Shown here: piece by piece, positions 53,400 to 60,427 of the stretch | Layout: the number at the start of each line of letters is the position of its first letter | Numbering within the stretch: the stretch's first letter is position 1 | Source: a virus | Taxonomy: Duplodnaviria > Caudoviricetes | Strand: one strand, 5' to 3' | DNA: 60,427 nt | IMG/VR virus record: IMGVR_UViG_3300007734_000733 | Coordinates: 1-60,427 of that record | Program-made: the position numbers and the translations under genes | The notes under the pieces: generated by a model | Databases searched by the model: none | What the model saw: only the letters and a program-made list of their open reading frames with translations | Told to the model about the DNA's origin: nothing

Positions 53400-55819
53400 T
53401 AGAATTTGCTCCTTGTCCCGAAGGTCTTTGGTTGGGAAATTTGTTTCTGCCTGTCTTTTTCGTAATTCAACATGGCAATACGCTCACGGGTCAGGCGGTC
53501 CTCGCGGCTGGATTTGAGCTTGAGCGTTTCCGTAAACGCCTTGCTGCTAGTGTTGGCTTGTATTTCTTGCAACTTGGCCTGGACCTTCGCGGCCTCGACT
53601 TTAAGCTGCTCCATAGCAATCTGACCGGGGGTGGGGTCTTCGCCACCCTGCGGCTTAGCAATTTGCTGCATTGCCTTAGCAACCAAGACAGCAATCTGGT
53701 TTTCAACTTCAGGCGGCAACTGCTGGCCTTCGGGCGGCAATTGTTGTCCCAGAATCTGCTCAACCTGAACCCGCATCTTGGCGGCTTCATGCTCGGCAAT
53801 GTGCGCCGGAACCGTTACCAACTCAGGCTTCTGCTGCATCAAAACCGTGTGAGCGGCAATATGGGCATCATGCTCTTGATAAGCGCCAACTTTGACCGGC
53901 TTGCCGTTGAGCAGGTTCTGATTCTCAGTCAACGGGTCTAGCGGCTGGGCTTCTTTCTTTGGCGGCAGAAGCGCCGAAATCCGCGCCTCGTCGATGCCCA
54001 TTTCGACGTACATTTGACGGAACGCCTGATACTGGTCATGTAAATCAGGCGCTTGAGTAGCAAACCGCAACAACGCTTCGGCACGCATCATGCGCTGGGC
54101 AGAAGACGTAATATTGGGATCGCTGACCGGGATAACGTCAACTTTATCCGAGAAATCAGCGCGCATCACCATGTTGGGGCCACCGGCCACCGGCCAGGGG
54201 TAGGGCTCTTCGGGCAGGAACTGGCCAAACAGGGCGGCAATCAGCCTGAACTCCCGCCTGTAAGCCCTGTGCGCGGCCTTGAGGGTAGCGGACTGTACGC
54301 GGTTGGATGCTTCTAAAAGGGCCACTGTGGTGCCTACAGGGGCGTCCTGGCGGCCTTCCCCGACAGCCACCTCAGTCATGCCGCCTAGGCGTTCGCCGTT
54401 CTCGCGGGTGGCCTTCCAAAGCTCCATCGACACAGGCGACGGCCCTTTGTAGGGCATCGTCATAATGGCTTGCTGAATTGGCATCCCGCCGGTATCGAGT
54501 TCGCGGAACTCGCACGGACCGATCATAATGTTGTTGTCGTCGCCCCTCATGCCCTTAACTTTTAGGCCGCCGGGGAACATTTCCAACGTAGCTGCATCAA
54601 TCATCTGACGCTGTAGGGAGGTCGCGCCTTTGGCCGTATTGCCGAGGATGTGGGCGTAGCCAATGCCGTAAAAGCCAAGGCCGGGGACAAACTTAAAGTG
54701 TGTAAAATATTGAATCTTTGCGTAAGTCTGGTCTTCTTCTTTCCAGTTACGGCGGATCGACAAAATCTTTTTGGAACCCGTCTCAACCGCGACAATGTAT
54801 GGCAACGGCAAGCCAGTCTCGGTCGGGTCTTCGTCCTCAGCCTCGCTGTCTGGGTTGGCCTCCGTATGCTCAAAGCCTTTTAGATTGAGGTCGATATGAC
54901 ATTCAAAAACCTCATACGGAGCCTCATCTGAATCCGTAGGTTTCTTCAGGCCCTGGGTATAGGTGGACTTATCGCCCAATGGCGAATTTTCGTCGTCCAG
55001 GTAATCCGGCTCTTTGAGGTCAATATCGCTATAAAAACCACTGAGTTGGCGCATCTTCATGTCTTTGGGGGACATTGAGACGACATGGGTGGCACGCGGA
55101 CATGTCTCCAAATCGTTCGTGCTAAACGAAACGATGAAGTCCTGCGGCAGAATAAACGGGCTAACAACCCGATTGAGAATAGGGTCTTGATAGGTCTTTT
55201 TGAAAGTACAGCCAACGAGCGGTAGCCAGAACAGCATTTGATCGTTCTGTTCAACCCACTCTGGCGCACCCTCCATCAGGTAGTAATTCATAAACTCTTT
55301 AACGCGAGAAGCCTGTGCTTCCGTTTCCGGCGTAGCCTGCCCAATAACCTGGGTTTTTACCGGCCCGCTGGCAGGCATCAATTCGGCGCTGGCTGTCGCG
55401 TGCCAGCGGATTACGGCTTCCAGCAGAATGGGGTCAAACACGCCAGCCGCGCCGGAAAACGGAATAGACCGATCCTCGATCTTTAGGCCGAGATACGTCA
55501 GACCTTGAGACAGCATACTTTCCCAATCTGCACGGGATTCGCGGTCTTCTTTCACATATTCAAGAATATCGTTGGCGATGGCCTGTAGGTCTTTTTCGTC
55601 CATATGCTCAGCTAGGTTGTCGTCATGCGCGACAGGCCCAGCACTTTCGCTATCAGGAGCGAAATCTATGGTTTCTCCGCCATCTTCTTCCGGCGTGATG
55701 GATGCGCCGTCAGCAAACGTGAGTTCGTCTTGAGGAACAGCCACATCTTCGCCACCGGAATCTCCTCCGGTAATATCATTAAGGCCAAGTACAGAAGCCG
55801 TTGCTCGATCAATAGCCAT
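53399..55819 (-). CDS. Portal protein
   Basis: NLAE, D..SR..W, PF.GA.GV..P.L.EA, P..GPVK, G..FKK.Y.D, RRNW, F.PG.GFYG.G, APVGTT.AL.E, PVSDPN, DP.TEN. Confidence 0.88.
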   Translation of the reverse strand: MAIDRATASVLGLNDITGGDSGGEDVAVPQDELTFADGASITPEEDGGETIDFAPDSESAGPVAHDDNLAEHMDEKDLQAIANDILEYVKEDRESRADWESMLSQGLTYLGLKIEDRSIPFSGAAGVFDPILLEAVIRWHATASAELMPASGPVKTQVIGQATPETEAQASRVKEFMNYYLMEGAPEWVEQNDQMLFWLPLVGCTFKKTYQDPILNRVVSPFILPQDFIVSFSTNDLETCPRATHVVSMSPKDMKMRQLSGFYSDIDLKEPDYLDDENSPLGDKSTYTQGLKKPTDSDEAPYEVFECHIDLNLKGFEHTEANPDSEAEDEDPTETGLPLPYIVAVETGSKKILSIRRNWKEEDQTYAKIQYFTHFKFVPGLGFYGIGYAHILGNTAKGATSLQRQMIDAATLEMFPGGLKVKGMRGDDNNIMIGPCEFRELDTGGMPIQQAIMTMPYKGPSPVSMELWKATRENGERLGGMTEVAVGEGRQDAPVGTTVALLEASNRVQSATLKAAHRAYRREFRLIAALFGQFLPEEPYPWPVAGGPNMVMRADFSDKVDVIPVSDPNITSSAQRMMRAEALLRFATQAPDLHDQYQAFRQMYVEMGIDEARISALLPPKKEAQPLDPLTENQNLLNGKPVKVGAYQEHDAHIAAHTVLMQQKPELVTVPAHIAEHEAAKMRVQVEQILGQQLPPEGQQLPPEVENQIAVLVAKAMQQIAKPQGGEDPTPGQIAMEQLKVEAAKVQAKLQEIQANTSSKAFTETLKLKSSREDRLTRERIAMLNYEKDRQKQISQPKTFGTRSKF

Positions 55820-55854
55820 TTAAGCTTGCCTAAAATACAAGAAGAAGTTCTATG

Positions 55855-57399
55855 TTAACCGTAAAGCGCCCCGTTTGCACGTTCCGTTATACGGAACGGC
55901 TCTTCTTCCATAGCATCAAGACTATTCTTAATCCAACCGCTGGTCTTCATTCGAATGATAGCTTGGCTGGTTGCGTCGGCATCATCTCGGGAATCTGAAG
56001 CCGGGAACGACATCAGAGAATTTACATACTCTTCGGCCCACCGCCTCGGAAGTGTGTAATTTGGTGGCTGACCGGGGACGTAAAACCGCCCGTTTTCAAA
56101 GATGTCGGTTGTTAGCAAAAGGCGGGCGTTCTTGTCGCCGTGTTTGTTTGGATTGAACCGTGTTGCAGCAATACCGGCCCGGCTCAAGTCGGCAATCAAA
56201 GGCTCGCCCGTTGCCTTGGCCTCGATAAGGATAACATCTGGTGGCTTTCTGCGGTTCCCGCTCATAGGAACCTCCAGATTATCATCCAGGTAATTAACTG
56301 CTAGGCGCTGAGCCATTTTACGCAATTCTGGATAATCAACCCTGCCCCGCCAACGGGATAGCAAGATAACGGACGGCAAATCCGTCTTGTCCTCTTTGAA
56401 AATACCAAACGTCAGGCAAACCGAAAATGCGCTCTTATTCTTGGACGTAATGGCCGTGTCCCAGCTTTGCAGGATGAAGCTGCATTTTGGGGGCTCTTTC
56501 TGGTTCCATATCTTAATCCAGTCACGCTTGATTACGTTACCGGACTCAAGAACTGGGCTTTGCTGGTACAAGCTCTCCCATTGCCGGGCCGTCATGGATG
56601 GCTGTGCCCGCCTACGGGCCAGGGCAGTCTTGTCTTCCCACTCCGGCCAGAGGGCTTCCCCGACCTTACGGCCTAGCGGGTCTTTCTCTTTAGCCAGCGC
56701 GGGCAGGATAACCTTGTCCCACTTATCGCCGCCTTTCTGCTTCTCAGCCGCCATGACGCGGCCAATGATGTCATCTAAGTGCCAGCGCGTTCCAATAATC
56801 ACCATCACGCCGCTGGGTTTCAAACGGGTTGATAAGTCAGAACCCCACCAATCCCACATGTTATCGCGCACGGTTTTTGATTCTGCGTCATCGACGCCTT
56901 TGAGCAAATCGTCGCAGATCACGCAATCAGCGCGCCTGCCCGTCACCGTACCGCCAACGCCAGTCGCGTAGTACGAGCCGCCTTGCTTCAAATCCCACCG
57001 GCCAGCGGAGCGGCTGTCATCCGACACTTCAATCTCTGGGAACAACATCTTGTACTCGTCCGACAACATAATGTTGCGGACCTTACGGCCCCACTGTTCC
57101 GCAAACGATTCGGTGTGGCTAACCGTTATGATGTTGTGCGTCGGGTTTCTTGATAAATAGAACGCCGGGTAATACAGCGACGACACCGTACTTTTGCCGT
57201 GGCCCGGTGGAAAGCACACCAGCAGACGGTCGCCCTTTCGGGTCATCTTGTCTTGCAGCTTATTACATAGAAATTCCATATGACGCGGCGGAGCCTTACC
57301 GTGCATGTACGTCATGAAGTCTGAGAAGTTTTCACGCGCCTGACGGCGACGAATCACTTCCGCAGCGGCTTGGTCAAGTGTCAGTTCTTGCAGGGACAA
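55855..57399 (-). CDS. terL: Terminase large subunit
   Basis: PPGHGKS, G.TGRRAD..I.DD, TRWH.DD, YQQ.P, QSWDTA, IE.KA.G, FP....DD.D. Confidence 0.95.
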   Translation of the reverse strand: MSLQELTLDQAAAEVIRRRQARENFSDFMTYMHGKAPPRHMEFLCNKLQDKMTRKGDRLLVCFPPGHGKSTVSSLYYPAFYLSRNPTHNIITVSHTESFAEQWGRKVRNIMLSDEYKMLFPEIEVSDDSRSAGRWDLKQGGSYYATGVGGTVTGRRADCVICDDLLKGVDDAESKTVRDNMWDWWGSDLSTRLKPSGVMVIIGTRWHLDDIIGRVMAAEKQKGGDKWDKVILPALAKEKDPLGRKVGEALWPEWEDKTALARRRAQPSMTARQWESLYQQSPVLESGNVIKRDWIKIWNQKEPPKCSFILQSWDTAITSKNKSAFSVCLTFGIFKEDKTDLPSVILLSRWRGRVDYPELRKMAQRLAVNYLDDNLEVPMSGNRRKPPDVILIEAKATGEPLIADLSRAGIAATRFNPNKHGDKNARLLLTTDIFENGRFYVPGQPPNYTLPRRWAEEYVNSLMSFPASDSRDDADATSQAIIRMKTSGWIKNSLDAMEEEPFRITERANGALYG

Positions 57400-57408
57400 T
57401 TAATTTAA

Positions 57409-57642
57409 CTATCTATAACCGGACGTTTTTCTAGCAATCTTCGGAGGTTGCGCTACAAACTGCTTACCTTCAGCTTTGCCTTTTCGCTTGGCCCTTGTCG
57501 TTGAAGCGTACTCTTGCGGAGACAGCGCCTTAATAGCTGCCTTTGGCAAATAACGCTCACCCGTATCTGACGACCGCTTGCCAGACTTTGTAGTCCACTC
57601 TTGCTTAGTCCAGTTCTTAAGAGAGAGTTGTGGTTTTTTCAT
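57409..57642 (-). CDS. Small basic protein (DUF5872-like, C-terminal half)
   Basis: Q.SLK.WT.Q.W.TKSGK.S..TGERYLP..A...LS..EYA.T..KR....GKQFV.QP. Confidence 0.7.
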   Translation of the reverse strand: MKKPQLSLKNWTKQEWTTKSGKRSSDTGERYLPKAAIKALSPQEYASTTRAKRKGKAEGKQFVAQPPKIARKTSGYR

Positions 57643-57644
57643 AA

Positions 57645-57827
57645 CTAATCCTTATAGCCTCCGCCTTTAGCCTTATATTCCTTAGCAAGAAGCTGCGCCT
57701 TGCGCCCACTCCATTGCCCCGCGCCAGTGCCCTGGGTGGACTTTGCTTTGATCTGATTAAAAAGTGTCTTACGCATTCCAGGCTTAGTGTAGTTGCCCGC
57801 AGCGTTTACTTTTGATTTTGCCACCAT
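57645..57827 (-). CDS. Small basic protein (DUF5872-like, N-terminal half)
   Basis: NYTKP.MRK...IKA....GQWS.RKAQ.LA.EYK..GGGY. Confidence 0.7.
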   Translation of the reverse strand: MVAKSKVNAAGNYTKPGMRKTLFNQIKAKSTQGTGAGQWSGRKAQLLAKEYKAKGGGYKD

Positions 57828-57838
57828 AATGAATTTTC

Positions 57839-58339
57839 CTAAATTTTTGTTATCGCAGGGCCATTAATCTGACTCAATCCAGTCGGAGTTATGTCAATCA
57901 TGTTCAAGTCTTCTTGTTTTGATTTCAAAGCAATGAACTTCATCAACTGGTCATCAGTCATGCGGGTCACATCCATCTTGTGAGTGACTTGAACAGTTTC
58001 CTGCAACACGCCCATAAGCTGCGCTTGTAACTTCTTAGCCGCAATGGCTGGCGTGTAGTCCTTGTCAATCATGGCTGACTGATGGATTGCGTCCAGATCG
58101 GAAATGATGCTTTCCCGCGTAATGTCTACAGACGCTGGCTTCTTGGCTTTGGACTCTTTTGCGACCTTAATGGCTTCTTGAATATCGCAACGGTCCAGCA
58201 AATATTCCGCAACCGTGCGGTCGTCGTAACCGTTAATGATAAAGCCAGCGCGTTTACACGCATCCAGACCATCGCCTGTCTGTAAATATATTTTTACAAA
58301 TATGGCATCTCGTTCAACGTCTGGCGGAATATTAAGCAT
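57839..58339 (-). CDS. Terminase small subunit (probable)
   Basis: F...Y..TG....A..RAG...A..LL....I HTH-like N-terminus, AI.A..L.AQL.G. Upstream of terL. Confidence 0.7.
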   Translation of the reverse strand: MLNIPPDVERDAIFVKIYLQTGDGLDACKRAGFIINGYDDRTVAEYLLDRCDIQEAIKVAKESKAKKPASVDITRESIISDLDAIHQSAMIDKDYTPAIAAKKLQAQLMGVLQETVQVTHKMDVTRMTDDQLMKFIALKSKQEDLNMIDITPTGLSQINGPAITKI

Positions 58340-58441
58340 CTTGCTTTCCTAAAGGCGTGACCGAGAGGCGGTGCGGAGTGGGGCAACGCCCTGCCCCTCG
58401 GTCTGCCTAGAGCGCGACGGCGGGGCACGAACGCTCAGGCA

Positions 58442-58702
58442 TTAAGATTCACCGAGACATAAATAATCAGAGTCATGCCAATGAGAGATCATCGCAATGC
58501 GATGAGCGTGCGCGCTGCAAACACACCACTCCCAAACATCACCTTGGCTATCTGCGTCCCCGAATAGAAAATTGTAATTTGGGTAGAACTCAATGCAGCA
58601 CACCATGCGCCCCGAAGGGGTGTAGCCTGCCAACAGGCCATCCGGCAGAGCGTCATTAATTTTTATTACTGGAATTTTTTTATAATTTGATGCTGGCAAC
58701 AT
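58442..58702 (-). CDS. Hypothetical protein
   Basis: Co-oriented ORF overlapping the RHH gene. Confidence 0.5.
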   Translation of the reverse strand: MLPASNYKKIPVIKINDALPDGLLAGYTPSGRMVCCIEFYPNYNFLFGDADSQGDVWEWCVCSAHAHRIAMISHWHDSDYLCLGES

Positions 58703-58862
58703 TTGTAACCTTATTCTTTTCGGAGGTTAAAAATCTGCGTATCGCTAATTCAATGACATACTTTTTGTACAGCAATTTATCATCGCAAAACTTATCCAAT
58801 TCGTCGATCAAATCACTGGCAATTCTAATGTTCAATTGAGACAGATTGTTTTTAGTTTTCAT
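58680..58862 (-). CDS. Ribbon-helix-helix DNA-binding protein
   Basis: QLNIRIASDLIDELDKFC.....KKYVIELAIRRFL. Confidence 0.7.
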   Translation of the reverse strand: MKTKNNLSQLNIRIASDLIDELDKFCDDKLLYKKYVIELAIRRFLTSEKNKVTNVASIKL

Positions 58863-59808
58863 TAAGCCACTTCAGAATGCTCGCGGATATAACATCAGCC
58901 GCGCCGCCTTGGTAGATCGGGTTCCAGCCGTTGGAGAGCGTTAGGGCATACTCAATGTCATCAACGGAACCAAACACAGACTGAGCCATTGGGCGTCCCA
59001 GTTGTCGGTTGCCGATATTGATGGACGGCACTCCAACCCAAGGCGCTTCAATCACGCCCGCCGAAGAGTTGCCGACGACCAAAGACGCACGCTGCATCGC
59101 CTGGATGTACTCAGAATGGGAGAGTGTCTTAACAACCTTAGCAAACGGTCGTTGCTCGCAGAAGATTTGAATCAGTTCGCCAATCTCTTCGCCACCGGGA
59201 TCGTTGTTAACGCCTGTGAATAGGATGTTATATCCCGCCGTGTACCATGTACTAAGTGCCGCCAGCATCTGTTCACACTGGCCTACGCCACGGTCTGGCA
59301 ACCGCGTCTCGGGATGATATGTAACCAGCATCTCTTTCGTATCTCTCCTGGCCGTGTCTCCGCCAACACCATCCAATCCAGGCGCGCCGCTAACTGTGAT
59401 GCTATCTGGATCAATGCCCATGCCTTTCAACTTACTGGAAAAGTCATCTGTAGCCACAAAATGCAACGTCGCCATGTGACTAATACTGTGACGCATGGCA
59501 TTATCAAAAGCGCCAGTAGTGGTTTCCCCACCATGAATATGGGCCACGGGTATGCCGATAAACATAGCCGCCAACGCAGCCGCCAGCGTCTCATAACGAT
59601 CCCCTAATACAACGACAAGTTTCGGATTGCTGGATTTGTATACAACAGTGAAAAATGTCATTGCCCGCGCAACAGCAACATCGGGGGACATGCCATCGGA
59701 TACAAAGCGCGAGACGGAACACCCCGGCATGGCTTTGATAACAGACTCCAACGGCCCGTCTTCGGCGCGCGAGTTGCTGACAACGACTACATCTGAAAAA
59801 TCTACCAC
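58852..59808 (-). CDS. neuC: Hydrolysing UDP-sugar 2-epimerase (NeuC/LegG-like)
   Basis: SRAE.G.L, LGDRYE, AHIHGGE.T.GA.D...RH.I, GAPG.D, VTYHPET, N.D.G, VGNSSAG..EAP, NIG.RQ.GR. Confidence 0.92.
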   Translation of the reverse strand: MVDFSDVVVVSNSRAEDGPLESVIKAMPGCSVSRFVSDGMSPDVAVARAMTFFTVVYKSSNPKLVVVLGDRYETLAAALAAMFIGIPVAHIHGGETTTGAFDNAMRHSISHMATLHFVATDDFSSKLKGMGIDPDSITVSGAPGLDGVGGDTARRDTKEMLVTYHPETRLPDRGVGQCEQMLAALSTWYTAGYNILFTGVNNDPGGEEIGELIQIFCEQRPFAKVVKTLSHSEYIQAMQRASLVVGNSSAGVIEAPWVGVPSINIGNRQLGRPMAQSVFGSVDDIEYALTLSNGWNPIYQGGAADVISASILKWLNEN

Positions 59809-60398
59809 GCGCTCAAACCCCCATCCACCATCAACACTTGGCCGGTGATGTACCGGGCCGCATCGCTACACAGAAACAACACCGGGCCTACAATGTCGTC
59901 TTCCGTAGCCATTCGATTAAGCGGAACCCGCCAGGAGTAACGATCAACAAAAGCCCGTCCCTGGCCGCGCTCAATGCCGCCGGGACACACACAGTTCACA
60001 CGCACAGGAGCCAACGTCGTGGCCTGATGGCGCGTCAGAGCGACCATTGCGCCCTTAGAAGCCACGTACCATTCCGGCGTCTGTTTAACGCTGGTGTCTT
60101 TATAAAGGCGCGCATCACTGCCCAACGTGCCGTAAATGCTGCCAATGTTGACGGCGCACATTTTAGCAGAGGTGACCAGCGTATGATGGGCTGACCACTC
60201 TTCTACTTTGGCATTACAGATAACGACATCGTAATTATCGGGGAGAATGATTTTTTCCACAAAATCCAAGTCACAATTAATCTCTGCATCTTTCAAATCA
60301 ATTCCGGTGACCTTATCGCCAATATCCTCAAACGCGGCACGAAGGGCTCTGCCAAGATGCCCCGCTGAACCCGTGATGAGAACCTTACGTGCTGCCAT
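59802..60398 (-). CDS. SDR oxidoreductase, PtmA (flagellin modification protein A)-like
   Basis: ITGSAGHLG, NIGSIYG, Y..SK, RVN...PGG, P..RM....D, YITGQ.L.VDGG..AW. Start MAARK overlaps the dehydratase end across the junction. Confidence 0.88.
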   Translation of the reverse strand: MAARKVLITGSAGHLGRALRAAFEDIGDKVTGIDLKDAEINCDLDFVEKIILPDNYDVVICNAKVEEWSAHHTLVTSAKMCAVNIGSIYGTLGSDARLYKDTSVKQTPEWYVASKGAMVALTRHQATTLAPVRVNCVCPGGIERGQGRAFVDRYSWRVPLNRMATEDDIVGPVLFLCSDAARYITGQVLMVDGGLSAW

Positions 60399-60427
60399 TA
60401 GAAATTCTCCATATTCCATCTATACCA
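60301..60427. repeat. Terminal overlap identical to 1-127
   Basis: Exact match. Confidence 0.97.

Overview
The window is an apparently complete, circularly assembled genome of about 60.3 kb from a tailed dsDNA phage with podovirus-like gene content. Bases 1-127 are repeated exactly at 60301-60427. All family assignments come from my own motif recognition in the translations, not from database searches. Layout: (i) One long minus-strand arm runs from about 9.0 kb down through the junction to 28.0 kb. It starts with an MT-A70 methyltransferase and an almost complete nonulosonic-acid (legionaminic-acid-type, probably acetamidino-modified) pathway: PglF-type dehydratase, DegT aminotransferase, hexapeptide acetyltransferase, NeuC, NeuB, NeuA, PtmA-like SDR, PseA/WbuX amidotransferase and HisF-like protein. 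It continues through terminase, portal, GroES, scaffold, capsid, tail, ejection proteins and lysis genes. (ii) A region at 9.1-14.3 kb holds three 7/14-bp-period tandem arrays, a MoxR-AAA/DUF3150-like/VWA-metallopeptidase operon and an origin-like AT-rich stretch. (iii) Small early genes and a replication/recombination module follow (primase-helicase, RusA, Sak4-like ATPase, SSB, Cas4-like nuclease, SF2 helicase). I saw no integrase or replicative DNA polymerase. The best candidate for an undescribed system is a CstII/Maf-like (sialyltransferase-fold) gene at 46259-47167. It lies inside the capsid module between two paralogous, very Ser/Thr-rich virion proteins. Together with the CMP-nonulosonate pathway, this suggests the phage coats its own virion with a sialic-acid-like sugar. 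That function is inference.
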